Positions 29,201 through 42,851 of a stretch of 64,000 nucleotides of DNA are shown piece after piece. The position numbers and the translations under genes are program-made. Each line of letters starts with the position of its first letter. Position 1 is the first letter of the stretch. The stretch comes from Balanoglossus misakiensis (taxonomy: Eukaryota > Animalia > Hemichordata), in assembly GCA_040954595.2 (NCBI GenBank), contig JBECUI020000043.1, positions 34,784 through 98,783 of the forward strand, read 5' to 3'. Below the pieces are notes generated by a model. That model was not told where the DNA came from. It searched no databases and saw only the letters and a list, made by a program, of their open reading frames with translations.

Positions 29201-31141
29201 TTCGTACCGAAATGGGTACCCTATCAATATAGATGCCTTTGCTTAATGGCTTATTTGCATATATATGTAACTAGGGGGAGCGATTGGTCTCTTCTTGAAT
29301 AATATTGGGGAGAGACGAGTACACGTCTGGAGACGAGATACGCTCTTCCTTGCAAAATCTGAAGGGTACTCTTGAGCGCGTTGTTTCCCCACACCAATTA
29401 CTTAGCATACGATTAGCCCAGTTTGCGTTTGGTTCGATTCAATCTTAGAAAACGTGTACTTCATTCACAATGAGCGCTCACTCTTGAATTCAATAAATGT
29501 CCAATGCAGGCACAGTGATAGCAATTATAATTCTCGGAGGCTAATGTGGAACCCTTTTGCGCCTGCGCACTGGCGACTGGCTCAATACATGCTAAATGCA
29601 TATAGCCACGGTTTCTACTTCCATTGGGCGAGCTAAATTGAATTTGTTCGCCATTAGAGGTTCCACGGCTTGGCCGCCGGTGATTTCCTTTTAACTTACT
29701 CGTTTGGCCTTCTATATTCAGATAATTTGTTTGAGCAAAACCCCCCGATAAAAGCACCAAGAAACCAGATCTGCGCTGATGAGCGTAAGAGACTGCATTA
29801 GGAATTATTGCCACTGACATGCCGGTTTGTTTTCGATCTAACACAGAGTAAATGGGATTCAATAAAAGCGTAATAAGTACCTCAACAAAAACAGTGGTAT
29901 TAGCAGTGAGAGGTTGGAAGTGACAGCGTGCACAGGGCTTTCAAAGAGTTCAAACATTTCGCAGACTTCTCTAGTAAACACGCTGGCAATCCCCACTCAT
30001 AGTCCCACACAATGGGTGCCCCATTTTCAACGTTTAGGGCTTCGCTCACTGTCAATCAGAGAACTGGTCGCGTCGTAATTGGGTGGTTTTGAAAACAGTC
30101 AGCGTGGCTCTGATGGACGGATAAATGGACTCGACACGGTACAGGCAATTACATTCACGACATGCAACACGCGTATACACACACGACTTTTACGTTAATT
30201 AAGTCATTAGAGAAAACGCAATTGCACTTACCTCAAATAGTCTTTTTTACACAGGATCATCCCGCCTTTGGAAAAACATGACGGCCCCAATTCTCCCAAC
30301 TGCGCCCCACAACACGTACACTTTAAACAACCAGTGTGCCAGTATCTGTCCAGAGCATGCAGCAAAAACCTGTCTATTATTTTTCCGCCACATCCTGCAC
30401 AGGACCGTAAATTGGCGTTGTTGTTGTTCGTCGTTGACTGCTGCTGCATTGTGGCTGCAACGAGAGAGAGTAAGGAAAGGGAGAATGAAAATAAAGAATG
30501 CAGAGCTTATAAATGCTTCGGCGTGGGGCAGGGTGTGAGTGAGACCTGAAGTATTTTTATAGCAGCAATTTTCATTGGCGAGTGTCACCGTAAAATGGTC
30601 TTAAAGTACACAACACTAGACCAGTACAAACAATTGGAATATTGCAGCACGAGCTGAAGGCTGATGCCATGTCGACAAGACCACCCCGATGTTTTGATGG
30701 GTATTTTCACCGACTGAGGACAGCCGGAATGTTTAGGAAGATATCAGCGAGTCGGTCGACCTGTCAACGACGGTGTAATGTATTCAATTTGAACCGCTAT
30801 GCGCGGATGTTATGCCCTTGCGTGGCTCTCGCTCGACGTTCGCTCTCGCTGTATACAGCGCAGCCACTGAGGTCACGTACTAGCGGATCTGTCTCCGCGC
30901 AGCTGTTCGGCAAAAATCACACAACGCGGTCGCCTTTACCACAAAACAGAACACCGTGCAAGCATTCTCCGCCCGTCTACACCGAAACCAAACGGTCTTT
31001 CCTGAAATTCGGTGCAATTTGGCGACCAACGCAGCTCGTATTTCGATAGAACCAGCTCACACACTAGAGTAAAAACACGTCTGTTTATATAATGTTAGAC
31101 TTACCCGTAACGGCATCGAATTGCGTGTTTTTAGTCTCCAT
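20231..31141 (-). CDS. LMO4: LIM domain only protein 4 orthologue, 4 coding exons, 168 aa
   Basis: Exons (minus strand) 31141-31105, 30454-30232, 25835-25598, 20239-20231; total 507 nt; all introns GT-AG with matching phases 1, 2, 0. Protein: METKNTQFDAVTATMQQQ...CAGCGGKIIDRFLLHALDRYWHTGCLKCTCC...[68 protein letters not shown]...ARNKVC*. Two LIM domains; LIM2 closely matches vertebrate LMO4 as recalled ([23 protein letters not shown]...LVPGDRF) and the KVC terminus matches. Confidence 0.95.
25598..25835 (-). CDS. LMO4: LMO4 exon encoding LIM2
   Basis: tttgcag acceptor at 25836; [36 protein letters not shown]...FCEND; AAG|gtaagg donor. Confidence 0.96.
30232..30454 (-). CDS. LMO4: LMO4 exon encoding LIM1
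   Basis: C-x2-C-x17-H-x2-C-x2-C-x2-C...C-x2-D LIM pattern; pyrimidine tract plus ttgcag acceptor; AG|gtaagt donor. Confidence 0.96.
31105..31141 (-). CDS. LMO4: LMO4 putative first coding exon (METKNTQFDAVT)
   Basis: caaATGG start context; G|gtaagt donor at 31104; phase 1 joins in frame to ttgcag|CC ACA ATG at 30454. An in-frame ATG at 30449 is an alternative start. Confidence 0.72.
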
Positions 31142-31224
31142 TTGGGAGAGCGCGTCAGCTACAAAAATGTCCTTTGTAAATTTCAACGTTGTCGCAATAT
31201 ATCCCGAGACACGCGCACACGATT

Positions 31225-31265
31225 AACCGTAAAATCTAATTAGTTCGTAGTGTGAAACTGAGGCG
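31225..31265 (-). promoter_or_regulatory. Candidate LMO4 core promoter (Inr TCAGTT, TATA-less)
   Basis: Minus-strand TCAGTT at 31261-31256, ~118 nt upstream of the ATG, in CpG-rich sequence; CGGTT (DPE-like) about 30 nt downstream. Motif evidence only. Confidence 0.3.
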
Positions 31266-34200
31266 GTGTGGCTCGTACGACCATTCCCAGCTTTTGGCGA
31301 GTCTGCATACAAAGAGTAAATGGTCGATGGCGGTCTTCAACACTAACACTGCACTGTCAGCGCTGCTCGAGCAACCTGCAATCGGCTCAGTGTGTGTAAC
31401 GTCGCCTCGATTACCGACACGGCACTGTCGAAATGATGGACCCCACTGCGTTAGTCTCGAGCGGTCAACTACATAGATTCGGAACGTTCCACCAGACAAA
31501 CGAAACGAGGCCTGCGAGTCGTGTAGTTGTAGTGTCAAACCAGAATCCTTTACCAGCGCTGAACCTTCGTTGAATGAGACTTAATGATTACCAACAGCGA
31601 ATCAAATTACAGAATACTTAATGACCGTGTCAGCTGAAACCCAACATGTGTATTGCATAGGAAACAGCGCCAACAATGGCCAGACGACAAACTAGCTATC
31701 CTGCCAGTAATTGCCAACCCAAATGGCACGTTATATTATTTGCATGGGGGTGTTCAGCAATCCAAATCACCAGATAACAAAGCTTTTCTGTGAAATACCA
31801 GAAAAACTACGCCTACATCAGTTCCAAAGTGCTGGAAAGTGAAATTTGTGTTCAAGAGTTGCATTCCAGCAACACAACGGTCGATTTTACATTGTTTACA
31901 CGATCCTCACCGTGCTACAAAACCGACTTATTGAATGGTCTGCCCGGACGCAGTTAAGTTGTAATAACGTATCCATAATTAAAGACATAATCTCTAATCA
32001 CGTGTGCTGCGCGTAATTGTATTTTTGTTGTCAACTTATTTGATTTCAATTTTGCGGCGTTTGTTGTCTGGGAGTTCTGGCTAGCACAGCTGTATTAAGA
32101 TCACACTTCAGTCATATTGGCAACCAATGCAATCTCAACAACCTGTCACTTAGGTGTTTATGGTTTCCGTCGAACGTTATTAAACTTTTCCCTTGTGTGT
32201 ACGATCGGCCGCGCCTACGTTTAATTACCTTGTCGAATTTCCCATGATTAAGTAAACGTAAGAGCCTTGACATTGAAACAAGATTGGCTTAAACTTATGC
32301 AAAAATATACAACTGAACAAAAGGCGAAACAGAATATAAAACAGGTTATCCCCCAGTCAATTCTCGATTGCCCGACAATCAAGATTCTCAGAGGGTAAAA
32401 ACAGTGTAATTAATGAGTGGAAATCACCATCCGGGCTCCCTGAACCCGATCAGATAGATATTGTCGTAAACATTAAGAAGCATGTATTCCTATCGACAAC
32501 CTAATAACTCATCTTGGTTGTCGTGTTAGCCACGCTCCACTGGTTCATTGTACGATCCGTTGTGAAGGATTCCTCCAGGGGGCTCAGCTACATACGCCAC
32601 CCTCTCTCTCTTTTTCCTTTCTGCTTTTATTTTGATTTTCTCGACAGTGAATTAAAACAACTTTTTCCAGCTGTGTCCGCGAAAATGCTGAGGGCTTTGT
32701 AAGCTGTAAAATATGCCACGGTGTCAGTGTTGGTGTTAGCACTTGTTGACAGAAATTAATTAGCTAGCGATTAGCCAGCGGAGGGTTAACCAAAAATCGA
32801 CCGTTTCATTTCCTCTATGAGCTTATTAAAGCTGGCTGGAATGTGCGCGCGTGGGTCTTTTCAAGTCTCTGCCTGTTATGAGCTAGCGGACACGAAATTT
32901 CCTTTTAGCCGATACCCCACCCAGCCTTATTAAAACCAGGCAACTTCATTACGTGGGATTTTCCAGCGGATGCAGAAAATATGGCAGAAATATACTGGTG
33001 GATCGAATTTGCCTTAGTATTTTCTTGGTTGGGGATTGTGCATGGAACAAGATGATTGATGTTTGGGAGTAAGAACCCAATTACGACAGTAATCCCGCTC
33101 CAACTGGAAGGTTTCATTATTGTGCACCATTATTATCGACTCGTGCAATTTAACGAATGTCAATGAAAATAAACAGTGTACATTATCAATGGTGGCAGCT
33201 GCTGCGGCAGGAAATTGCCTGGGTTTTCCACGCACCAAAAAACGCGACGTTCAATGGATGTTGGGAAGCATTGCCAGAGGTTCCCCCGAAGTTGACTTGC
33301 TTTAATTGGCTACTTGTGCCCGAACCATCAAGTTTCCGATAGCTTGTCTATTTTTTTCTCTCACACATGCGTACTAACGACCTGTGTGGGACAGAATGCT
33401 TCTCTGAAACGGCCCGACAACGGTGACAGACAGCTATGTGTTATTTTTAACGCCTTTGATTGCCCTCTGTAATTAGCATAATTGTATTCATCGTAGGTGA
33501 CAGTTATTTACGCAATCGCCTGAGACAAAATAAACTCCTCTCCATTACACATCCATTAGCTTACAGGTATATTTAACGTTATTTGGATGAACAGTTTTGT
33601 TTCATACGAAAAATTATCCTCGATCTCAATGAATCCATGCTGAGCTGTCATTCAAGACGGTTCTGATTGTCTGGAAGAACTGACAAAATAATAACACAGT
33701 CACATTTTTGATGTAATGTCAATCTCTCTCGCAGAAATGCACATACCACGATCCCCCATTTTCTCATTTCTGCCGTCTCCCGCCTTACCAAGAGGAACAT
33801 GTATTGCATTCAGTTATTCATCCACCCTTCAGGAATTCTAGACTAAGTTCTTATGTCGAGACAGTCGGAGAAGTACACAACCATACATTTCCGCCAGTTC
33901 AGTTGGATGACAAAAAAAACACAGTTCATACCACATGTACAATCGTGTAACACCGAAATAATCATACACTCAATTCGTCTGACCTCCCTAAGGTCATGGG
34001 TAATTAAGAATAGGTCGTCTCGTCGTACAGTTCTCAAGCAGAGGGCGGTCACTGGAAACATAATGAAGTTTACACTATATAAGGATCAAATTACAAACTT
34101 AATAAAACTCATATTAACCACTGCTGATAGCAGAAATCCTTCAAATTACGACACATTTACATGTAAACAAAGAGTGGGATCTCTTTCTCTTCTTGATTAA

Positions 34201-34898
34201 CCTCTCCAGATTGTCTTGCCCCGAAACTTTGACTCCGAATTCCATGTTCTCACTCTTCCCATCGGCAGGAGACAGGATCTCGAACGGGAAAGTGGTGTAT
34301 ATTAGTAAGACCGGGGTGAGTGGGAAGGATGTCTGGCGTTTTGATCAACAATAACATTTCAACCAACACTGGCTGTTACGGGGTCGTGGGTTGTTTACAG
34401 TGTGTGTTTTTTAATTGACGTTTCAGATATTTTAATTGTATGACCACTGACATTGGTCGAAAGTGAGTTTTCAACCCAATCAAAAGAATAATGTGGCTAC
34501 TACAGTGTCAACTATGTCAACAACTTTAATAGCGTTATGGAAATGATCGGAACAAATTAATTAAGAAGAGAATTTTGATATGACAAATGGTTTGAAACAA
34601 ATGCTGTTTCTATACCGTGACTGTTCTTAAAGGTTTGGGCGTGAAATGAAATGAAATCAAAACAGAATGGAGGATGTCATTCAGATCTGCACAGTATGAC
34701 GGAAAACACTTGAAAGACGAAATTGTCGGGTGGTGTAATTGGGTAACTGGGGCTCTATCGGAACACTGGAGGGAACGGGATGGGTGGCCTTTGACGAGAC
34801 CACGAAACAAGACACTATGTTTACCAGTTTTCTGCCGTATGTGGTCATGGTGGTAGGCTGAGAAATGGGATGTGAATAAAACACCTCGTGGGTGTACT

Positions 34899-34944
34899 CT
34901 CTCGCTCTCTCTCTCTCTCTGTCTCTCTCTTCCTCTCTGTCTCT
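34899..34944. repeat. (CT)n microsatellite
   Basis: Interrupted ctctct tract. Confidence 0.85.
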
Positions 34945-37900
34945 CAAGTTCGAGTGTTTAAAGATAACGGCACACAATACAGCAAAAAATCTGAGGTTTT
35001 CTAGTAAAGTAGAACTGAAATGAATACTCATGCAGCTGTACTCAGTGAAAGTGTACAAGGTAAAAAAAGACCCAAAGAAGAATAAAATATTGGTCGTCTT
35101 GACAGGTGACCAGCGGGCATCTATCTTAGTATGCCTGCTCACTGACACGCATAATGCGAGAATTGTATCCTGGAGGAATTTAGAAAGTTGTTTAATTGTT
35201 TTTTGGTGATATTAGCTTGTTCCTAACACACGTCAGTTCAATCGGGATTTAACATTAATTGGAAAATCTACGAACCGAATCCACTCAAGTCAGACCGACT
35301 CGTGGTCACATGTCGAAATCGCGTTTGGGATGCTATTTTCTGTCCAGATTACGAGTCGTGACCGTGCTTCTGTCTCCGTATCAAATCTTTCAGGCAAGCG
35401 TCACTACCCCTCATCAGATGATTAGCGGCTAATTGAAAACGCGCTAAGTGCTACTTCTATCAAATTAACTCCGCGGGGTCCTCTGAAATATTGAACACAG
35501 AGAGTCACTAGTGTTGTACATAGCCTTGGTGGGGTTCGAATCTTCCTTCTGTCTGTCAGCACATATTAGTGAGTGATCAAACGGGTCTCCTATAATGTTC
35601 ATATTTCAACGGTGTCATTCTATGCACCCAATTCGAGTACACATAAAACAACAACAACAACAACAACAACATTGGGCGAAAGAGCATCTCCCAAACTCAT
35701 CCGAACGACATTAGATATCTTGTTGCCATGGAAGCCAAGCTACATCTGAATCGGGGTGGCTTTCACGTCTTATTCAGGCAAATTTTAATGCGCGATTCCC
35801 GATCGCATGATACGGAGAGTTTGAAGAAAGTATGTTAGGCGATTGTCTGGCAAATCATTCCGGTAAGGGGTAAACCTAATACATGATTCGTAAATGGAAA
35901 CCCGCTATAGTCCATTAACCAATCAGTTCTCCTCATTTACCAGTAATGGGCTTTTTCAAATTGCCGTCAACTCGAAAGTATTTTCCCCAAATTTCCTTGC
36001 TATTAATGTTTCAATCACATAGCGATTCCTGCTTCCGTCAAATTTAACCTTGTAGGGTTCCCATGGTCTCAGTTACTCTCGCCAAAATCTGGCAGACGAC
36101 AAAGGTTAAATTCCCCTGTGAGTGTTGAATTTATATTCAGCTTTTAAGAAATTTCCAATCAATTTTGTCCGGAAGGACTTTGACCAAGACTGTCGGAGTG
36201 ACCGTTCAGCATAATGTTAAATAATGTACGCGTTTACCTCTCGCCTAAATTTATTTCTCGCAGTTTAACGTCACACGGGTGTACATACACCTCATCGATG
36301 ACTTTTCAAGTCATAAAGATAAACCCTGGGACAGCCCAACGTTGACAATTTCTCTTGAGTTACTGAGCAGCTGAATCCAAACGTATGACATCCGTTTGAT
36401 TACTCCGCAAGAGTCTCGTCTCGCTTCTCGCGCGCTCATTTCGCTTTCAAATCAAATTTATTCAAATTGTACCCTGAAGGTCTCGTTGAACCTTAATCAA
36501 GTTTTCGTGATAGCTATGCGTCTGAGCACTGTGCTCAAACTTCCAATGGGAATGATGTCGTTCAGGTCCCTCTGATACTACTGCGTCTTCAAAGAATCTA
36601 TGACCATTCGGTGAAGTTGTAAATTACGTCTGTCCACTTTTTTTCTCTCTCCGGTCGCTTGAGATCCTAATGGTAATTACAAAACTGACCGATAAGGGGG
36701 AATAATGTCGCCTTTTGATATTATTGGGGTTCGTATGTAACATTTGACGTGAGCTATAGACTTTAATGGATTCAGACTTTTAACATAATTGAAAACATAT
36801 TCAAATTTTTGTCCCGAACAAAAAGATAATTAAGTATAAGCTAATTGATCTGTGCTTGAAAACGGAAAATGCTTCAGTTAATTCCACGAGGTGAATCTCA
36901 ATCGAGCGCGACACAAAATTAACAAGAAATCGAAGCCAATTTCAAATTGGACCAAATGCACCAATAGAAACGCAATCAGCTCTATGAGATGGAACTACAC
37001 GACCCAAGATTAAATTCGTGTTGTTTCCCTTGCCATCAGAGTGCTTCGGAATTAAGTCACAATGGATCGACTCTGATATCCAGGTACTTGAGGTGGAATT
37101 TTTAATAATTGGTGAAAATATTTAATTACTAAACATCGGTGGGCAGATTTAAATTAATCCTTGACACACTTGGTGATGACGTGGCTGTTACACGCCATGT
37201 TTGGTATGCATGGCGAAATTCCCAGGTTCTCATTTTCCGGGCAAAAGGAAAAGGGTAAATTAAATTTGAGAATTTCACAAGGGACCTACGGAAACGTCAG
37301 GTTAATGTAAGATGTAAATTAATCCGGGAAGTAACAAAGGAAAATGAGTCGATTAGACATTTCAGAATTGGGATGAAAAGGTTTGCCGGAATAGAGTTTG
37401 CCAGAAGGGAGAAACCCCCAATGCTCAAAGAAGCGGTGAATTGATGTGAGCATTGTTTATGATGGAACTTGCATAGTCTGACGCATGCTCAGTGGTAGTG
37501 AGCGGTAACGGCTAACTTGCTTCAAATAATAATGTGGCTACACATATGCCGAGCTATTCCCATTCTCTTTCAACTAATCTCAGTGCTCTGTCATTCCTCA
37601 AGGGCGATTAGATCACGAAAGAACGACCAATGTGATACTCGTGGTTCATTTTCTTCCACGAATATCAGAGTCACGTGATATAAGTACCTGTAAACTTCCA
37701 CTCAATACTGAATTATTATAAAATTCCATCTTTGGATATATGATGTTGTGTATGATTGGCGGGGGGGGGGGCGGTGTTATCGTCATGACAAAGTTTCATG
37801 CACCGCGAGGACTTATCGTCGTGTGTCCTGCCTTCGGTTACACCCGATCATTTGCCGATCACTGTCCGCGATTGACTTCAAGTGGAAGCCACTGCATCTA

Positions 37901-40900
37901 ATTTCTCCATGCGTGGTAATAACCTTTTAATTTGAAATTCCAAAGTGCGAGGCTGAGATCCTAGACTACGCTAATTACGGAGTTTTGTCGGCTTTTAACG
38001 TTATGTTTAGTAACTGTTGCTAAGAGGCCGAATTCGTACATAGTTAAAACCGTGACCACATACAGAGACTAAAGCACGACACGACAAGACGACGACAACA
38101 ACAACTTTCACGAAGATACACCGATTCACACCGTAATGCAAACTTTTATTGCAAGTGTTTTTCACTTTGTTACTTTGACATTCATGTACCCAGGACCACA
38201 TCGCGAGATGCCACTTTTTGCGCATTCAGATCACGTGATGCAGACATGAATTCGACATCATGAAGTTGGGTTTTGTTTTATTTTGCAGCAGTCACAGAGG
38301 TAGTGCACTTTCCCGAAATTCATGACTTTCTGCCGTGCCACTGACAGATATAGGCCATTATGGAGAGGCTGGATTAACCCATGATGTTTCTAAAGACGTG
38401 AAAACGGTGACCTCGCTTTGTAGGTTGCAGTTTCTGTTGGGATCAGGACAACGACTTGATCTGCCCATAGCTTTAGGAGCACTCTGTTGTACTTACAGAA
38501 ATCGCTACCATCCATCTTTGAATAAATGCAGGATTTGCTCCCGATGACGTGAAGGTATCCACCTATAATCCCAGACAACCGCGCACTAGTCCCTTCTATA
38601 GAGAGGGCTATAGCCAATGCAGGTCTACCCATAATCGATATGCAACGACATACCATCAGAGAGCACCCGAAAAATCCACTCTTCATGCAAAAACATGGAA
38701 ACACACTATGGATGGTGTGTCATTTTGTGAATAGGGTCAGATGTTTTCGACGACTTTTGAGTCATTTGTTTGTAATAAATTGCGGTGATCTTATTTCTTA
38801 TCCTTTCAAATCCCACGTATATGAGAGGGATGACGATATTGAAAAATGGTGCTGTTCCATTTTAATACTCCTGGTATGCGCGTTTCGGTTTGCTGAAGTC
38901 ATTTGCAGTCGTGGTGATTAAGTTGCATTGGGCAGACAGAAAATGCAATCTGATGAAGTTTGGGAGATGGACAGGTGTGGAATTGTGGGAAGGGGGCCTA
39001 TCGGGATGGGTGGGGACCGATAGACAGGTGACAGACGGGGTGGAGACACTTTCACAAACACGAACAAACAAACATACAAACACCTGGTATGCTGAGAACA
39101 CCTGACAGAGATGGAGAGAGACACACTAATTTGATAAAATAGCAATAATGGTTAAAACATAGCCAGTCTATGGTTAAACTGGTCGTGGACTAACTGGTCT
39201 ATTATGCGGGCGATTACACACTAAATGTGTTTGGTTAATTTCTTTGTCTATGGTCAATTCTATTTGACCTTTTTTTGTTACATATTAACCACCGTTGGTG
39301 GTCTAATTAACCCGTCGATGTTCACTTTTCTCAAATTAACCCTTCTATGGTTACTTTAATTCTACTAACGAGAAAAGACACGCATCCGACAACCCGTTGT
39401 GACTTTGCAATTTTGATTTCATCAGCACAATCCCGACTTCCAAAGGAGTTACGAAACAGGTCCGTATATAGATTGTAGTGTCCTATTAGGAAATGACCTC
39501 TCTAGTTCACATAAATCCGAGAATAATCAAGAAAAAACAGAACACTGACTTTGATCTATTGTTCTCTATTTGGTCACGGTCACTCCACAATACCCTAGAA
39601 TTTACTCTGGACTAAGCTCCATGTCTAAACCCATCTAAACCACGAGCTTCTAGGCCAATAACATCAACAGACACTTGATTAAGCTGTTCACTAGGAGACT
39701 CCATTCCGCAGTCTAAAAAGTTTGTTTTAAAGATGGCCACCTAATAATTTGCTGCTGCTGTTGGCAACTATACTTTCTCACATAGATACTTCGGAATTTT
39801 AATTGCCAAGTGGCGTCGCCTATATGTTTAGTTGTACACGTAATTATTTGAAGTGATCATCATAAGATCGAGTACATGCTGGATAGGATCAAACAGAATG
39901 GGAAAATTCCATATCAACGTCTGCATTGCTGGGCAAAAAACAAAACCCCCTCTAGTCTCTAATTGGCGTTTACTCAGACCCTATAACATTATTTATTTAA
40001 TGTATTAACTTTAATAAGCTTAGAAAAATCTATTTGAGCGGTATTATAACAGAAAAAGAACAAACCGCGCCAACACAAACTTCATAAATGGGTAATTGTA
40101 TCGTTCTTATAAGCTTATAATCCTGTCAAAATTTGTTCACAAGATAATGATGTTATGCGATTTTTTGTTACGGTGTAGCGCCCTATTTACATTCATGGAC
40201 TGTAATGCTATTTTGCATAAATTGCCTTTGGCGCGCACCTGGGCGCGCACTGAAAAATTGTAAATTCGACTCTCAGACTGAACGGAATCATCATTAAATG
40301 ATAGCAAAAACTAGCTATTCCACATAATTATTACAGAAGAATTCAGCGTGTTGCAGTGACGTCATCAATGAGATCATCACCACCAATATGAATCCATATA
40401 AATAATACAACAAGAGGAAGCCAAATGATTCGAACATCACAAGTCAATGGATCATTTCCCATTGAAAGTACAGATAAGGTAAACTCAGTTCTGTGCCAGA
40501 CTCAATGACCACAGTTACATGGCACAGATAAACTGCATATACACCATGGGAAAGCTAACTTTCTTGATGACGCCTAAGTGGTTCCAAAAGATTCACACAA
40601 ATTGCAGACAAGAAGAAAAAACACCAGACGAACAAAAAGCGCTATTCCCAAAGTGAACTGATATCAAATTGCAATAGCAAAACGATAATATGCATTCTGT
40701 GCAAATTTAATCAAAATTTAGTTGTCCTAAGATTTTGGGAGATATACTGTATGACCATGCGATATCCTGGGGAATTAACTGATGTTTGGTTAACCGCCAA
40801 TGTCGTGAATTTTATTCTCTCCAGCAAAGCCATATGCAAATGAGGAATGTTTCCCGGTGATTGGCAGCTGTCAGTCACTATATTCCAAAAAACATCCAAT

Positions 40901-42533
40901 TTCTAGCCATGTCTCTGAGATGTACAAATGCACCGATGTCTGTTCAGAAATTGATGTGCGAAATCTAAACTTTGATATTTTAGGGTAGCAATGGACTGAA
41001 ATGCAATTACAGGAGTCGTTGTCTTCGGTTTCGATATATCTGCATGATTTGAAATGATTTCAGATGGATGTTGGATTTTAATAGATAGATAGATATATAT
41101 GAGACAGACCCACGCACGCGCACACACATTTATAAGTGGGCCATAGACCCTATGGTCCATAAGTGGGCTTATAGAATTTTAAAAACTTCCAGGAAATTCT
41201 ATTCAATTGGTAGTGGTAAGAATTTGTTCCGATCCCGTAACTGCAGCAACATCAGAAAACTCGAATTGATATTAGATTTTATTGCACTTTCTTCTGTCTA
41301 CCGTAGTTAAGTTGACTACTGACGATAACATGACGATTGAGAGCTTTTGTGACACTCAAGTGATTATTATAAAAGACCCAAAATTCCTTTCAATGGTTGC
41401 TAACTTCATCAGCAGCAACCCGCTTTTGTAAAATAATATCCGGTCGGGAATATTCAATTTTCAACTCCACTACTGACAATAAATTAAAATCCCGCCAATT
41501 CCAAACTGTCTCCCCATTTGGGAGAGTAATTTATACCTTTAATATTTCTTCATTGGTGGTCGTGAATAATTGGTTAATAAGTCTGGGAAAGTAGTTATAT
41601 ATGTCAATTAAAATAAAGTGGAATTTAATTGAATTTTATCTCAACGGTAACCAAGCATTTTGCTTGTGTACGCAAATAATGTGAAAATTCACGTTTACTT
41701 GTCGGAAAAACCTGCAAAATGCCTTATTAAAATATTTTATAACTTCATTTCCTTTGTTTAATTGGTCAACGGATCCATATACTACTTTAGTTGTCACGAC
41801 GGACGTTATGAGAAATGTGCTTTATAAAACGTTTTAATTGTTAAGAAAAACCGTACTTAAACATTTCATTAGGACATGGTGACCCCGAAAAGGTCAAATC
41901 ATTGATCAATGAAGCGTGGTTGATTGAAAACTTATTGTGAATCGTTTAATTTTGTTGCCGCCAGTTTTTAAAGTCAATTATTACCTCAAAGTATTACTTT
42001 GAGGTCATCAATCGTATGAACGTTGAGCGCAGTTTCAATCTATCTTCTTCAAGTATATAATTTTGTTCGCGAGATTTTTATCTGCGCACGACACTCTGTC
42101 AGTGCCTGCACCGCGTTGCTGTGATCTCAGAGCTCGTGATTCGTCACTGTCTGCTTATATGTTCCTGCGTTATGATTGGTTACCTATTCGCAACATTTTG
42201 TACGTATGTACCCCCCATTTCTTTGCTCCCCTTCACTTCCCCGCCCTTGCTTTCTTCCAACCCTATCGTTTCTCTAGAAATGCAGTTGTGTCACCAGAGG
42301 TAGCCAATTAAGACGCTTTTCATCTAAGAAGCACGTCCAGCCCCTTGGCCGTCAGAATATACCAATTAAAATGATATTTCCTTTTAGCCCCCTGTTCCGA
42401 CACACGAGATACGTGCTACGCACAATCACTGGAGATTTTGATTCAAAGATTAAGATATCAGCAAAGGGCGAACACAGGTGTTGAAGTTCAAGAGTTTATC
42501 CGTTATTATTCGTAATGACAAGATGAAGACATG

Positions 42534-42851
<318 letters not shown>

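Noticed and set aside
30247-31049. ORFs overlapping or antisense to LMO4 exon 2 and intron 1
   Set aside because: Shadow frames of the real exon or GC-rich intron sequence; no protein-like features.
35375-35423. Second hammerhead-like core on the minus strand (CUGAUGA...GAAA)
   Set aside because: Stem II is mismatched and stems I/III do not close; at most a decayed Penelope-type remnant.
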